From Nitrosospira multiformis ATCC 25196 (GTDB lineage Bacteria; Pseudomonadota; Gammaproteobacteria; Burkholderiales; Nitrosomonadaceae): a DNA stretch of 32,000 nucleotides. A program made the translations under genes and the position numbers. Location: positions 960,001-992,000 of the forward strand of contig NC_007614.1 of the NCBI RefSeq assembly GCF_000196355.1, in the 5' to 3' direction. The notes below the pieces were generated by a model. The model was not told where the DNA came from and made no database searches. It saw only the letters and a list, made by a program, of their open reading frames with translations. This document shows positions 9,216 to 19,757 of this stretch, one piece after another. Within the stretch, counting starts at the first letter, position 1, and every line of letters begins with the position of its first letter.

Positions 9216-9464
9216 ATCGCTTGCGTGAATTACCCATCTCTTGGTTTCACGTTTTGCTCTGCAGGCGGGTCCTCTTGCATAAAGGAGTGTGATCAGGGTC
9301 GACAATGGATGGATTAGAACGAAGACGGATTAAAGCTGCGCTAGGAGATGGGTGTGTCGGCCATTTGATTGATCTGATCGAGCGTATAGAATTTCACCAG
9401 TTTGTCGAAGGGGATTTTTTAAGACTTCTGCGAGTCTTGCAGCAATTTAACGAAGGAATTCAGC

Positions 9465-10760
9465 ATGAACACGCAACCAGCGAGCTCTCTTGGAAAGGTA
9501 CTAGCGGGGCTTCAGAACCTGCTGCCGGATCTGGAGGCGTTATATACCGACGTGCATGCCCATCCGGAGCTGTCGATGCAGGAATCGCGTACCGCAAGCC
9601 TAGTCGCGGAACGACTTCGCGCGGCTGGGTATGACGTGACGACGAGGGTTGGGAAGACGGGTGTCGTGGGATTGCTGCGCAACGGCGACGGGCCGACCGT
9701 CATGCTGCGTGCCGACATGGATGCACTACCCATCGAGGAAATGACCGGGCTTCCCTATGCCAGCAAGGTCAAGGCCACGAATCACGAGGGTAAAACGGTC
9801 CCGGTCATGCACGCTTGCGGCCATGACATGCACGTTGCCTGGCTCGTCGGTGCGACCACGCTGCTCGCGCAGGCGCGTAATACATGGGGCGGCACGTTGA
9901 TGGCAGTCTTCCAGCCGGCTGAAGAGACTGCGGAAGGCGCCCAAGCCATGATCGACGATGGACTGTTCAACCGTTTTCCAATGCCGGATGTCGTGCTTGG
10001 CCAACACGTCATGGTGGGGCCGGCGGGCAATATTGGCGGCCGTGCCGGATCCATCACTTCCGCTGCCGACAGCCTGCAGATCCGCCTGTTTGGGCGTGGG
10101 GCGCACGGATCAATGCCGCAGGCAAGCATCGATCCGGTTGTCATGGCTGCCGCGACTGTAATGCGCCTGCAGACCATTGTCTCGCGTGAACTTGCTGCTG
10201 CCGAGGCCGCTGTCGTTACCATTGGCGCGTTGCAGGCGGGCACCAAGGAAAATGTGATACCCGACGAGGCGGTCATCAAGCTGAATGTACGCACCTTTGA
10301 TGCGGATGTGCGCAAGCGTGTACTTGCCGCCATCGAGCGTATCGCCAATGCAGAGGCTGCAGCTTCGGGAGCCCCCCGGCCGCCCGAGATTACGACGCTG
10401 GAACACTACCCTCTAGGAGTCAACGATGCCGATGCAAGCGGCCGCGTCGCCGATGCTTTCCGTCAATATTTCTCAGCCGACCGCGTGCGGCAAGTCGATG
10501 CGGCGTCGGCGAGCGAGGATTTCGGGTTGTTCGGAACCGAGTGGGGTGTCCCTTCCGTGTTCTGGTTCGTCGGAGGTACCGATCCCGACCTTTACGCGAA
10601 AGCCAAGGCCGCAGGTGAAATCAACAAGATTCCAACGAACCACAGTCCATACTTTGCACCAGTAATGCATCCCACTCTGGAAACTGGCGTGGAAACGATG
10701 GTCATTGGCGCCCTGGCTTGGCTTCAGCATGAGTCGCAGCACCAGGAGCTGAGACCATAA
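9465..10760 (+). CDS. M20D-family amidohydrolase (aminoacylase / hippurate hydrolase-like)
   Basis: 431 aa. The motifs HAHPELSMQE, LRADMDALPI, MHACGHDMH (metal ligands), QPAEE and GRGAHGSMP are typical of peptidase M20D amidohydrolases. Confidence 0.9.
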   Translation: MNTQPASSLGKVLAGLQNLLPDLEALYTDVHAHPELSMQESRTASLVAERLRAAGYDVTTRVGKTGVVGLLRNGDGPTVMLRADMDALPIEEMTGLPYASKVKATNHEGKTVPVMHACGHDMHVAWLVGATTLLAQARNTWGGTLMAVFQPAEETAEGAQAMIDDGLFNRFPMPDVVLGQHVMVGPAGNIGGRAGSITSAADSLQIRLFGRGAHGSMPQASIDPVVMAAATVMRLQTIVSRELAAAEAAVVTIGALQAGTKENVIPDEAVIKLNVRTFDADVRKRVLAAIERIANAEAAASGAPRPPEITTLEHYPLGVNDADASGRVADAFRQYFSADRVRQVDAASASEDFGLFGTEWGVPSVFWFVGGTDPDLYAKAKAAGEINKIPTNHSPYFAPVMHPTLETGVETMVIGALAWLQHESQHQELRP

Positions 10761-10797
10761 GGTGTTTCCTCCCGCTGCTTTTGACGTGGATGCTGCA

Positions 10798-11457
10798 ATG
10801 AAGACCCTCGTGCTGGCGCTCGATCTTGTCGGCACCTTCGTTTTCGCTTTGAGCGGAGCGGCGGCTGGTGTCGAGCGCCGACTTGATCTTTTCGGAGTTC
10901 TGGTGTTGTCGTTCGCTGCATCCAGTTCCGGGGGAATCTTCCGCGATTTGCTGATCGGTGCAACTCCACCTGCGGCAATCAGCGACTGGCGCTATCTGGC
11001 GGTCTCACTTTCTGCCGGCGTTTTCACGTTTTTCTGGTATCCCGCGATCAATCGGCTACGCAGCGCCGTACTTATATTCGACGGTGCTGGTCTAGCAGTG
11101 TTCTGCGTTTCCGGCGCGCAGAAGGCCATCTTCTTCGGTCTCGATCCGGTCATGGCGGCCCTGCTGGGCATGTTGACTGGAATCGGCGGTGGCATGGTGC
11201 GCGATGTGCTTCTGTCTGATGTGCCTGTTGTCTTGCGATCCGATATTTATGCTCTCGCCGCCCTTGCTGGAGCGGCCGTGGTAGTAATTGGCGATGCGCT
11301 ACGATTTCCGTCCGTTGCAACGACATGCACCGGCGCGGCTCTCTGCTTTGGCCTGCGCCTGGCTGCCATCCGACACGGCTGGCATCTGCCGATCGCTCGC
11401 GCACCCGGACAGCCGGGCACGAAAATGGACGCTGCGAAAAATCGGAAGGACCGTTAG
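10798..11457 (+). CDS. Trimeric intracellular cation channel-like / UPF0126 (YadS/YicG) membrane protein
   Basis: MKTLVLALDLVGTFVFALSGAAAG...GGIFRDLL and a second repeat ..GIGGGMVRDVL match the duplicated UPF0126 motif. The ATG at 10798 gives the family-typical short N-terminus. The track ORF starts at GTG 10762, which cannot be excluded. Confidence 0.8.
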   Translation: MKTLVLALDLVGTFVFALSGAAAGVERRLDLFGVLVLSFAASSSGGIFRDLLIGATPPAAISDWRYLAVSLSAGVFTFFWYPAINRLRSAVLIFDGAGLAVFCVSGAQKAIFFGLDPVMAALLGMLTGIGGGMVRDVLLSDVPVVLRSDIYALAALAGAAVVVIGDALRFPSVATTCTGAALCFGLRLAAIRHGWHLPIARAPGQPGTKMDAAKNRKDR

Positions 11458-11552
11458 TGCTTCAGTCGCGTACCGTGTCTCAGCGTCGCATAGCCTGGAT
11501 CACGTGCCCGACGCTCGTTTGTTCGTTCGCCAAATTAATCAGGGAATACCTG

Positions 11553-11583
11553 AAGGCCACGGTTGAACATCTTCCGTGGCCTT
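11553..11583. terminator. Perfect 10-bp-stem hairpin between the convergent UPF0126 gene and lpdA; probable (bidirectional) transcription terminator
   Basis: AAGGCCACGG (11553-11562), an 11-nt loop, then CCGTGGCCTT (11574-11583). It lies 43 nt beyond the lpdA stop and ~95 nt beyond the + strand gene. The flanking U-tracts are weak in both directions. Confidence 0.45.
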
Positions 11584-11625
11584 GAAGTACCTCCCGATCT
11601 TTCTTTGGGACTGTGCTCCGTCCTC

Positions 11626-13077
11626 TTAAATATGTATCGCCCGCTTATCCACCGCCAGTGCGGCCTCATGCACGACTTCTGACAGAGAAGGGTGTGCGTG
11701 GACGATGCGCGCGATATCTTCGCTGCTCGCTGCGAATTCCATTGCCACCACAGCCTCGGCAATCAATTCGGAAACGTAGGGACCAATCATGTGAATACCA
11801 AGAATACGATCAGTATCTGCATCCGCAAGCACTTTGACGAATCCACCGGTTTCTCCCAGTGCGCGTGCACGCCCATTTGCCATGAAAGGGAATTGTCCGG
11901 CTTTATATTCCACCCCGGCTGCTTTCAACTCCTGTTCAGTCTTGCCCACCCAGGCGATTTCGGGTGAGGTATAGATAACCCAGGGGATTGCGTCAAGATT
12001 TAGATGACCAGCCTGTCCTGCAATCATTTCTGCAACCGCCACACCTTCTTCGGAAGCTTTATGTGCCAGCATGGGACCGCGCACCACATCTCCCACCGCA
12101 TATATATTAGGCAGATTGGTGCGGCAGTGGACATCCACCTCGATACGCTCGCGCTCGTCCAACTTTAATCCTACGTTTTCTGCACCCAGTCCGGTAGTAT
12201 TAGGCACTCGCCCGACGGCAACAATCAGTTTATCCACCTCGAGTTTTTGCGGGTTTCCGTCGACATCGGAATACTCCACCGTGACGTTATCCTGTCCCGA
12301 GGTAATGCCGCTTATTTTGACGCCGGTATTTATAACCAGACCCAGTTCCCGGCTGAAGATTTTTCGCGCTTCCTTAGCCACCTGTTCGTCCGCGCTCATG
12401 AGAAACCCGGGCAAGGCTTCCAGGATAGTCACCTCCGCACCCAGCCTGCGCCATACACTCCCCATTTCCAGGCCGATGACTCCTCCGCCGATCACTCCCA
12501 GCCGTTTCGGCGTTTCGGTCAACGCCAGCGCCCCTGCATTGTCCAGTATCCGTTCATTGTCCACGGGCGCGGCGTCTAATTGACGAGGCACTGAACCTGT
12601 AGCGATGATGACATGCTCGGCTCCTACAGTCTCCACCTTGTCTCCATTCCTGATTTCAATCTGCCAGAGTTCACGATCGGCTTCGTTATCCCTGTCGCGC
12701 TTGAGCAGCGTCGCCCGCCCATGCATGGATGCGACTTTGTTCTTCTTCAGCAGCATGGCAACGCCGCCGGTGAAGTTTGCTACGATCTTGTCCTTGCGGC
12801 CTATCATCGCCGGAATGTCTATGGACAGACCCTCCACTTTGATGCCATGGGCAGAGAATTTGCGGGCGGCGCGCTCGTAATTCTCCGAGGATTCCAGCAA
12901 TGCCTTTGAGGGGATGCAGCCGACATTCAGACAGGTTCCGCCGAGGCTGGGTTTGTCCTGCGGATTTTTCCATTCATCGATACAAACGGTTTTAAGGCCC
13001 AGTTGCGCACAACGAATTGCCGCCACATAACCACCCGGACCGGCGCCGATTACAGCCACATCAAAAGATTGAGACAT
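11626..13077 (-). CDS. lpdA: Dihydrolipoyl dehydrogenase (E3)
   Basis: FAD motif VIGAGPGGY, redox-active disulfide [13 protein letters not shown] and C-terminal HAHPSLSE. It lies downstream of sucAB. Confidence 0.95.
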   Translation of the reverse strand: MSQSFDVAVIGAGPGGYVAAIRCAQLGLKTVCIDEWKNPQDKPSLGGTCLNVGCIPSKALLESSENYERAARKFSAHGIKVEGLSIDIPAMIGRKDKIVANFTGGVAMLLKKNKVASMHGRATLLKRDRDNEADRELWQIEIRNGDKVETVGAEHVIIATGSVPRQLDAAPVDNERILDNAGALALTETPKRLGVIGGGVIGLEMGSVWRRLGAEVTILEALPGFLMSADEQVAKEARKIFSRELGLVINTGVKISGITSGQDNVTVEYSDVDGNPQKLEVDKLIVAVGRVPNTTGLGAENVGLKLDERERIEVDVHCRTNLPNIYAVGDVVRGPMLAHKASEEGVAVAEMIAGQAGHLNLDAIPWVIYTSPEIAWVGKTEQELKAAGVEYKAGQFPFMANGRARALGETGGFVKVLADADTDRILGIHMIGPYVSELIAEAVVAMEFAASSEDIARIVHAHPSLSEVVHEAALAVDKRAIHI

Positions 13078-13163
13078 ATTTTCTCTTTATTGTTTAAGCA
13101 AGGAATGCAAAAGGAATGTAAAACGGAAAGACGCCGGCTGCGCAGACCTGTACCCGCGCAATC

Positions 13164-14549
13164 TCAGCTCTCAAGCAGGGGGCTCATGGGATATTCGAGC
13201 GCTTCCTTCATCGCTACCAGGGAAAGCACGGCTTCCCGCCCGTCTATGATGCGATGGTCATAGGATAGCGCCAGATAGCATATCGGACGAATCACGATTT
13301 GGCCGTTTTCGACCACCGGGCGCTCCTTGGTTGCGTGAATGCCAAGAATGGCGCTCTGCGGGGGATTGATGATGGGGGTGGAAAGCATCGAACCGAAGAC
13401 GCCGCCATTGGTGATCGAGAAAGTGCCGCCGGTCAATTCCTCGATGGTCAGTTTGCCGTCCTGCGCGCGGCGGCCAAAATCGGTGACCTGCCTTTCAATT
13501 TCCGCCTGGGACAAGGAATCCGCATTGCGAATAATGGGGACGACCAGCCCGCGTGCACTGCTCACCGCAATGCCGATATCATAGTATTCGTGATAGACGA
13601 TATCGTTGCCGTCCACTGAAGCGTTGACGATGGGAAATTTTTTGAGCGCCGCCACCGCCGCTTTGACAAAGAATGAGGTGAGACCGAGTTTGACGCCATG
13701 CTCCTTTTCAAATTTGTCCTTGTAGCGGGCGCGCAAATCCATGATCGCCTGCATGTTGACTTCGTTGAATGTGGTAAGGATGGCGGCGGTGGATTGCGAC
13801 TGCACCAGACGTTCCGCGATGCGCGCACGCAGGCGCGACATGGGTACTCTTTTTTCGCTGCGTTTTCCCTCAGCCTTGTCTTCAGCCATCCGGGGCGCGG
13901 ACTCAGGGGCGGGTGAAACGGGCGGGGCAGGGGAGGGAGGGGGAGCTGCCGGAACTTGCGGAACCGCAGGAGAAGGCGCGGGGGCGATATTGGCTGTCGA
14001 GCGTTTTTGTTCTACATAAGCCGCCACGTCTTCCTTGGTGATGCGACCATCGCGACCGCTGCCTTTGAGTGCGCGAATTTCTTCCGGCGCCAGATTTTCC
14101 TGCGCAGCCAGTTTTTGCGCGGCAGGCATCATTCCCGGAACTTCCGCGGCGGTTGTGGAAGCCGGGGCAGTTGCGGAAGGCGGAGCAGCTTCTGCCTCTT
14201 TTTTGGCCGGCCTGGCTTCGGCGGCAGAAGGCGCTGCTCCGGATTCGGTTACTTTGGACTTGCTTGGGGCTGCGGTTGAAGCTGCCGGAGTGTTATCCTT
14301 TGTCGCACCTGCTTCGGTATCTATCATGGCGATGACTTCCCCGCCAGTCACCGTTGCTCCGTCTCCCTTGATGATTTTCGCCAGTGTTCCCGTAGCGGGA
14401 GCTGGCAACTCCATCACGACTTTATCAGTTTCGACGTCGATCAGATTTTCGTCACGCTCAACATGCTCCCCTTCCTTTTTGTGCCAGGAAAGGAGCGTTG
14501 CCTGGGCCACTGATTCGGATAACGCGGGAACTTTGATATCGACGCGCAT
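13164..14549 (-). CDS. sucB: Dihydrolipoyllysine-residue succinyltransferase (E2o)
   Basis: Start at ATG 14549 (MRVDIKVPALSESV..) with AGAGGAAG upstream. The track ORF extends 72 codons further, into sucA, without support. It has a lipoyl domain (VETDKV), Ala/Pro linkers, a peripheral-subunit-binding domain and the catalytic SYDHRIIDG. Confidence 0.95.
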   Translation of the reverse strand: MRVDIKVPALSESVAQATLLSWHKKEGEHVERDENLIDVETDKVVMELPAPATGTLAKIIKGDGATVTGGEVIAMIDTEAGATKDNTPAASTAAPSKSKVTESGAAPSAAEARPAKKEAEAAPPSATAPASTTAAEVPGMMPAAQKLAAQENLAPEEIRALKGSGRDGRITKEDVAAYVEQKRSTANIAPAPSPAVPQVPAAPPPSPAPPVSPAPESAPRMAEDKAEGKRSEKRVPMSRLRARIAERLVQSQSTAAILTTFNEVNMQAIMDLRARYKDKFEKEHGVKLGLTSFFVKAAVAALKKFPIVNASVDGNDIVYHEYYDIGIAVSSARGLVVPIIRNADSLSQAEIERQVTDFGRRAQDGKLTIEELTGGTFSITNGGVFGSMLSTPIINPPQSAILGIHATKERPVVENGQIVIRPICYLALSYDHRIIDGREAVLSLVAMKEALEYPMSPLLES

Positions 14550-14572
14550 ATTCTTCCTCTGCCTCCAAGTAT

Positions 14573-17380
14573 TCAGATTCTTTCGCGAAACGCAGATACG
14601 ATCAACTCGTTCTGCTGTTCGTTGTGTTTCACCAGATAGCCCGCCGCCGGAGAGGCCGACGAGGGGCGCAGCGACTCCCCGAGGACCTGATCCGCGCGCT
14701 TGTGACGCAGCAGGTAGTGCTGGATACGGTGCCACGCCCCCTGATTGCGGGGTTCTTCCTGGCACCAGAGAATGTCTCTGGCGTGCGGATAGCGCTCGAC
14801 TTCGGCCTGGAAGTCATCATGCGGAAACGGATATAGTTGTTCGATGCGGATAATGGCAACATCCTCGATCTTGTTCTTGCGCCGATGCGCCGCAAGATCG
14901 AAGTAAACCTTTCCGCTGCAGGCGATCAGCCGCCGTACCTTCTTCGGATCGAGTTCCTCCATATCGGAAATGATGTTCCGGAAGCCGCCATCGACCAGAT
15001 CTTCCAGGCTGGATACAGACTCCTTGTGGCGTAAAAGGCTTTTCGGACTCATGATGACGAGAGGCTTTCGTAGCGGCCGCACCATCTGGCGGCGCAGCAG
15101 GTGAAACATCTGAGCGGGCGTGGTGGGAACGCATACCTGGATGTTGTATTGCGCACACAGTTGCAGATAACGTTCCAGCCGGGCGGAGGAATGTTCAGGT
15201 CCCTGGCCTTCATAGCCGTGCGGGAGCATCATCACCAGACCGCATAGGCGACCCCATTTGGCTTGGCCCGATGCGATGAACTGGTCGATCACAACCTGGG
15301 CGCCATTCGCGAAATCGCCAAACTGCGCTTCCCACATCACCAGCTCATCGGGTGTAGCGGTGGCATAGCCGTATTCGAAAGCCAGAACCGCTTCTTCGGA
15401 TAATACAGAGTCGATTATCACGAAGTCCGGCTGATCCGGTTTGATGTGGCGCAATGGAATATACGTCCCTTCACTCCACCTTTCACAGTTCTGGTCGTGC
15501 AGGACTGCGTGACGATGAAAGAACGTACCGCGTCCCGAATCCTGGCCGGAAATGCGGATTGGATATCCGTCATTCAACAGCGCGGCATAGGCGAGAGTTT
15601 CGGCCATTCCCCAGTCCAGCGGCAGTTTTCCTTCTCCCATCAGGCGGCGATCGGAGACGATTTTTTCCACGCGCGAATGCAACTTGAATTTCGAGGGGAT
15701 ATCGGTGAGTCGCTCCGCCAGCTTGCGAAGTTCGACCAGGGGCAATCCGGTGGAGACTTTTGCATCCCAGGCGGTTTCTTTCAGAAACGGCGTCCAGTCC
15801 ACCGCGTTGGGGGATTTATAGCCGTAGACGATGGTCTTGTTGGGATTGCGCCCCGCATCCATGTCATCCCGATACGCCTTTACCAGCCGATCGGCCGTGC
15901 CGCTATCGATCACGCCTTCGGCCTCCAGCTTGTCTGCATAAAGCTTGCGCGTACCGGGATGCTGGCCGATGATCTTGTACATCAGCGGCTGGGTCACCAT
16001 CGGCTCATCCTGCTCGTTGTGGCCCAGCGTGCGGTAGCAGACCATATCCACGACCACATCCTTGTGAAACTGCATGCGGAAATCGAGCGCGATTTCGGTC
16101 ACCATGACGACCGCTTCCGGATCATCCCCGTTCACGTGGAAAATCGGAGCTTCAATCATCTTCGATACGTCGGTGCAATAAAGCGTGGAGCGGGCATCAC
16201 GGGGATCGGAGGTCGTGAAACCGATCTGATTGTTGATAATAATATGCACCGTGCCGCCAGTACCGTAGCCGCGCGTCTGCGACAGGTTCAATGTTTCCAT
16301 TACCACCCCTTGGGCGGAATAGGCGGCATCGCCGTGCAGCAGCACGGGTAGCACCAGATCGCCATCCCTATCCTGCAAGCGGTGTTGGCGCGCGCGCACC
16401 GAACCCTGGACGACCGGATCCACGATTTCGAGATGAGAGGGGTTGAAGGCCAGGGAGAGGCCCATGATGCCGCCGGGCGTGGAAACCGCGGAGGAAAAGC
16501 CCTGGTGGTATTTGACGTCGCCTTCGGTCAGATCCTGCGCATGCTTGCCTTCAAATTCCTGGAACAGGTCGGCCGGCAGCTTGCCGAGTGTGTTGACCAA
16601 TACATTGAGGCGGCCGCGGTGCGCCATGCCGATCACCAGTTGCTGCACGCCCATCTGCCCTGAGCGCTGCAACAGATTGTCCAGCAGCGGAATCATGCTC
16701 TCGCCCCCTTCGCCGGAAAATCGCTTCTGTCCCACATACCGTGTATGCAGGTACTTTTCCAGGCCTTCCGCCGCTGTGAGACGTTCCAGAATATGGCGTT
16801 TATATTCCGGTTCGAAATCGGGTTGCGCGCGCGGACCTTCGATACGGTTCTGTATCCAGCGCTTTTGCTCGGTATCGGTGATATACATATACTCGACACC
16901 GATTTTGCCGCAGTAAGTCTGATGTAGCGTCTGCAAAATTTCCCTGAGCGAAGCGCGAGGCGGACCGAACAACGAACCCGTCCCGAATACCGTATTCATG
17001 TCAGCTTCAGCCAGGCCGTAATAACCCGGATCGAGTTCGGGAACGTGCGGTTTGTCGTAGTGCTGGAGAGGGTCGAGATCGGCATGGCGCACGCCGAGGA
17101 AGCGATACGCATTTATCATTTGCAGCACGGCTATCTGCTTGCGCTCGGTGGTCAGCAGGCGTTCTTCCCGCACCGTTTCGAGGCCCTGGGCAGCGGCAGC
17201 AGGTCGAGCAGGGCGCTTACCCGACTCCACCGGGATTTCCCCCTTTTGAAGCGCGTCAAAGTATCCACGCCATTCCGCTGAAACCGATAAGGGTTCCTGC
17301 AGATACGCTGCATAAAGCCCCTCCACGAAGGAGGCATTGGATCCGAACAGTGGAGAATCGTCGTGTAACTGTTTCAGCAT
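14573..17380 (-). CDS. sucA: 2-oxoglutarate dehydrogenase E1 component
   Basis: 935 aa. The N-terminus ..SNASFVEGLYAAYLQEP is typical of E1o, and it has a ThDP-binding region (..GDAAYSAQGVV.E..NLS). It lies between gltA and sucB. Confidence 0.95.
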   Translation of the reverse strand: MLKQLHDDSPLFGSNASFVEGLYAAYLQEPLSVSAEWRGYFDALQKGEIPVESGKRPARPAAAAQGLETVREERLLTTERKQIAVLQMINAYRFLGVRHADLDPLQHYDKPHVPELDPGYYGLAEADMNTVFGTGSLFGPPRASLREILQTLHQTYCGKIGVEYMYITDTEQKRWIQNRIEGPRAQPDFEPEYKRHILERLTAAEGLEKYLHTRYVGQKRFSGEGGESMIPLLDNLLQRSGQMGVQQLVIGMAHRGRLNVLVNTLGKLPADLFQEFEGKHAQDLTEGDVKYHQGFSSAVSTPGGIMGLSLAFNPSHLEIVDPVVQGSVRARQHRLQDRDGDLVLPVLLHGDAAYSAQGVVMETLNLSQTRGYGTGGTVHIIINNQIGFTTSDPRDARSTLYCTDVSKMIEAPIFHVNGDDPEAVVMVTEIALDFRMQFHKDVVVDMVCYRTLGHNEQDEPMVTQPLMYKIIGQHPGTRKLYADKLEAEGVIDSGTADRLVKAYRDDMDAGRNPNKTIVYGYKSPNAVDWTPFLKETAWDAKVSTGLPLVELRKLAERLTDIPSKFKLHSRVEKIVSDRRLMGEGKLPLDWGMAETLAYAALLNDGYPIRISGQDSGRGTFFHRHAVLHDQNCERWSEGTYIPLRHIKPDQPDFVIIDSVLSEEAVLAFEYGYATATPDELVMWEAQFGDFANGAQVVIDQFIASGQAKWGRLCGLVMMLPHGYEGQGPEHSSARLERYLQLCAQYNIQVCVPTTPAQMFHLLRRQMVRPLRKPLVIMSPKSLLRHKESVSSLEDLVDGGFRNIISDMEELDPKKVRRLIACSGKVYFDLAAHRRKNKIEDVAIIRIEQLYPFPHDDFQAEVERYPHARDILWCQEEPRNQGAWHRIQHYLLRHKRADQVLGESLRPSSASPAAGYLVKHNEQQNELIVSAFRERI

Positions 17381-17410
17381 GGCCTGAAACCTCGTCTTTT
17401 GACGGTCCGC

Positions 17411-18724
17411 TTACAACCGGGATGCGATGGGAATGACATCGCGTGTGGCTGCGCCAGTATAAAGCTGGCGTGGACGGCCGATCTTGTATTCCGGGTCTGC
17501 GATCATTTCGCTCCACTGGGCGACCCAGCCGACAGTGCGGGCCATGGTGAATATCGCGGTGAACATGGAAACGGGAATACCCAGCGCCCTCTGCACGATG
17601 CCGGAGTAAAAATCGACGTTGGGATAAAGTTTTTTGGAAATGAAATATTCATCTTCGAGCGCGATTTTCTCCAGCTTGAGCGCAAGCTTGAATAAACGAT
17701 CGTCGCGCAAACCCAGTTCATTCAGGACTTCGTGGCAGGTTTCGCGCATCAGCGTCGCGCGCGGATCGAAATTCCTGTATACCCGATGGCCGAATCCCAT
17801 CAGCCGGAAAGGATCATCCGGGTCTTTGGCGCGGGCAATGTATTCGCCAATGCGCGATTCATCGCCGATCTCTTCCAGCATGTTCAGGCAGGCTTCGTTC
17901 GCTCCGCCATGCGCGGGCCCCCACAGGCAGGCAATCCCGGCGGAAATACACGCAAACGGGTTGGCGCCGGTAGAACCGGCGAGGCGTACTGTAGAGGTGG
18001 AGGCATTCTGCTCATGGTCGGCATGCAGGATCAGGATACGGTCGAGCGCGCGTGCAAGTACCGGATTCGATCGATACTCCTCCGCCGGAGTGGCAAACAT
18101 CATGTGCAGGAAGTTTTCCGCATAATTGAGATTGTTGCGGGGATACATGAACGGCTGGCCGATATTGTACTTGTAGGCCATGGCAGTAATGGTCGGCAGC
18201 TTCGCGACCAGGCGGACGGCGGAGAGTTCACGATGAGCCGCGTCGGAAATGTCCATTGCGTCGTGATAAAAGGCGGACAAGGCTCCCACCACCCCTACCA
18301 TGACCGCCATGGGATGCGCGTCCCGCCTGAAACCGGTATAAAAGCGCGCCAGTTGTTCATGCACCATCGTGTGGTCTTTGATGGTTTTGTCGAACGACGC
18401 CTTCTGGGCGATATTCGGCAGCTCTCCATTCATCAGCAGGTAGCATACTTCCATGAAATCGCACTGCTTCGCCAACTGTTCGATGGGGTAGCCGCGATAG
18501 AGCAGAATTCCCTTGTCGCCATCGATAAAAGTTATGCTGGAACTGCTGCTGGCCGTGGACATGAAGCCTGGATCGTAGGTGAATACGCGGCCCCTCTTAT
18601 AAAGCGTGCGGATGTCAACAACTTCAGGCCCCATGGTGCCTGCCAGGATCGGAAATTCAAGTGGCGGCTCACCGTTACCCAGATCAAGGATTGCGTTACG
18701 TTTATGTTCCATGTCGTTTCCCAC
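17411..18724 (-). CDS. gltA: Citrate synthase (type II)
   Basis: 437 aa. Motifs include ..[21 protein letters not shown].., [14 protein letters not shown] and [13 protein letters not shown]. The start could instead be the ATG four codons downstream (18712). Confidence 0.95.
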   Translation of the reverse strand: MGNDMEHKRNAILDLGNGEPPLEFPILAGTMGPEVVDIRTLYKRGRVFTYDPGFMSTASSSSSITFIDGDKGILLYRGYPIEQLAKQCDFMEVCYLLMNGELPNIAQKASFDKTIKDHTMVHEQLARFYTGFRRDAHPMAVMVGVVGALSAFYHDAMDISDAAHRELSAVRLVAKLPTITAMAYKYNIGQPFMYPRNNLNYAENFLHMMFATPAEEYRSNPVLARALDRILILHADHEQNASTSTVRLAGSTGANPFACISAGIACLWGPAHGGANEACLNMLEEIGDESRIGEYIARAKDPDDPFRLMGFGHRVYRNFDPRATLMRETCHEVLNELGLRDDRLFKLALKLEKIALEDEYFISKKLYPNVDFYSGIVQRALGIPVSMFTAIFTMARTVGWVAQWSEMIADPEYKIGRPRQLYTGAATRDVIPIASRL

Positions 18725-18762
18725 TGTTTTCCGTTATCTTGATTTACCCAGGAGATTCCTTG

Positions 18763-18999
18763 CTAAACTGATTGCAGCAGGCGCAATACCGGCTGCAGAT
18801 CTGCCTTTCCTTCGTCTTCGTCCTTCTGCACTATCATATGCCACAAGTCGGTATCCGGGAAATCCAGCAGCATTTCGAACTGCCGGATGCCCGCTTCGTC
18901 GAGCGCGGCATAATGCTTGTCCATAAAGCGTTGCAGCACGACATCCAGTTCCAGCAATCCGCGCCGGCACCGCCAGCGTGCGCGCTCGCGTTCCTTCAT
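18763..18999 (-). CDS. sdhE: Succinate dehydrogenase flavinylation/assembly factor SdhE (YgfY, DUF339)
   Basis: 78 aa from ATG 18999, just after the sdhB stop at 19008. It contains RARWRCRRGLLELDVVL, i.e. the RGxxE motif of SdhE, and occupies the conserved position between sdhB and gltA. The longer track ORF (to 19092) would overlap sdhB. Confidence 0.75.
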   Translation of the reverse strand: MKERERARWRCRRGLLELDVVLQRFMDKHYAALDEAGIRQFEMLLDFPDTDLWHMIVQKDEDEGKADLQPVLRLLQSV

Positions 19000-19007
19000 T
19001 CCTTCGT

Positions 19008-19703
19008 TCAGATGGTTCTCTTGGTCATCATGGTCTTGATCCGGCTGATCGCTTCCATCGGGTTCAAGCCTTTCGGACATACATCCGTGCAATTCATGAT
19101 GGAGTGGCAGCGGAAAAGGCGGTACGGGTCTTCGAGATAATCCAGCCGCTCGGCGGTTGCCTGGTCCCGGCTGTCTGCCAGAAAGCGGTACGCCTGCAGC
19201 AGGCCTGCCGGTCCCACGTATTTATCGGGATTCCACCAGAAAGAGGGGCATGCGGTAGAACAGCATGCACACAGAATGCATTCGTACAGCCCATCCAGTT
19301 CCGCCCTTTCCTCGGGAGACTGGAGCCTTTCGGTTTCCGGCGGCGGGTCGTCATTGATGAGGTAGGGTTTGATCGAGTGATACTGTTTGAAGAACTGGGT
19401 CATATCGACGATCAAATCGCGTATCACCGGCAATCCCGGCAGGGGGCGCAATTCCACCGGTTCCCTCAGGCCTTTCACGGGAGTGATGCACGCCAGGCCG
19501 TTCCGGCCGTTGATGTTCATCGCATCCGAACCGCATACGCCTTCCCGGCAGGAACGTCGCAGACTCAGACTGTCGTCCACGGTTTTTATCCGTATCAACG
19601 CATCCAGCAGCATCCTGTCCGCCGGTTCCAGCGTGATTTCGTAGTTCTGCATATAAGGCTTTTCGTCCTTGTCCGGATCGAAGCGGTAGATCGAGAATTT
19701 CAT
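19008..19703 (-). CDS. sdhB: Succinate dehydrogenase iron-sulfur subunit
   Basis: Three Fe-S Cys clusters are present: [28 protein letters not shown] and [14 protein letters not shown]. Confidence 0.95.
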   Translation of the reverse strand: MKFSIYRFDPDKDEKPYMQNYEITLEPADRMLLDALIRIKTVDDSLSLRRSCREGVCGSDAMNINGRNGLACITPVKGLREPVELRPLPGLPVIRDLIVDMTQFFKQYHSIKPYLINDDPPPETERLQSPEERAELDGLYECILCACCSTACPSFWWNPDKYVGPAGLLQAYRFLADSRDQATAERLDYLEDPYRLFRCHSIMNCTDVCPKGLNPMEAISRIKTMMTKRTI

Positions 19704-19757
19704 GATTTCATTCCGGTTTGGCCCTAAGCAATATGTGTTTCCAGCAGGTTCGTGTTT

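Noticed and set aside
9305-9634. 109-aa + strand ORF overlapping the amidohydrolase start
   Set aside because: It overlaps the well-supported M20D gene out of frame and has no recognisable family. The inverted repeat AAGACT-N6-AGTCTT at 9421-9438 inside it is more likely a regulatory or structural element, but is too short to call.
14550-14765. 72-codon upstream extension of the sucB ORF
   Set aside because: The extension overlaps the 3' end of sucA in another frame and is Gly/Arg/Pro-rich. The canonical lipoyl-domain N-terminus MRVDIKVP with a good RBS begins at 14549.
14035-14853. 272-aa + strand ORF antisense to sucB/sucA
   Set aside because: It lies entirely opposite strongly supported sucB/sucA coding sequence. 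The Ala/Ser/Gly-rich translation mirrors the sucB Ala/Pro linker. No RBS or family resemblance is present.
15446-16351. 301-aa + strand ORF antisense to sucA
   Set aside because: It is a shadow ORF opposite sucA with no family features.
17732-18742. 336-aa + strand ORF antisense to gltA
   Set aside because: It is the antisense frame of an unambiguous citrate synthase gene. The Arg/Gly/His-rich composition is typical of shadow ORFs in GC-rich DNA.
18763-19092. Long (109-aa) form of the sdhE ORF
   Set aside because: The first 31 codons overlap the sdhB 3' end and are acidic low complexity. The 78-aa form, starting right after the sdhB stop, fits the typical SdhE size.
18978-19727. 249-aa + strand ORF antisense to sdhB
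   Set aside because: It lies opposite the Fe-S subunit gene, whose three Cys-cluster motifs are intact. It is a shadow ORF.
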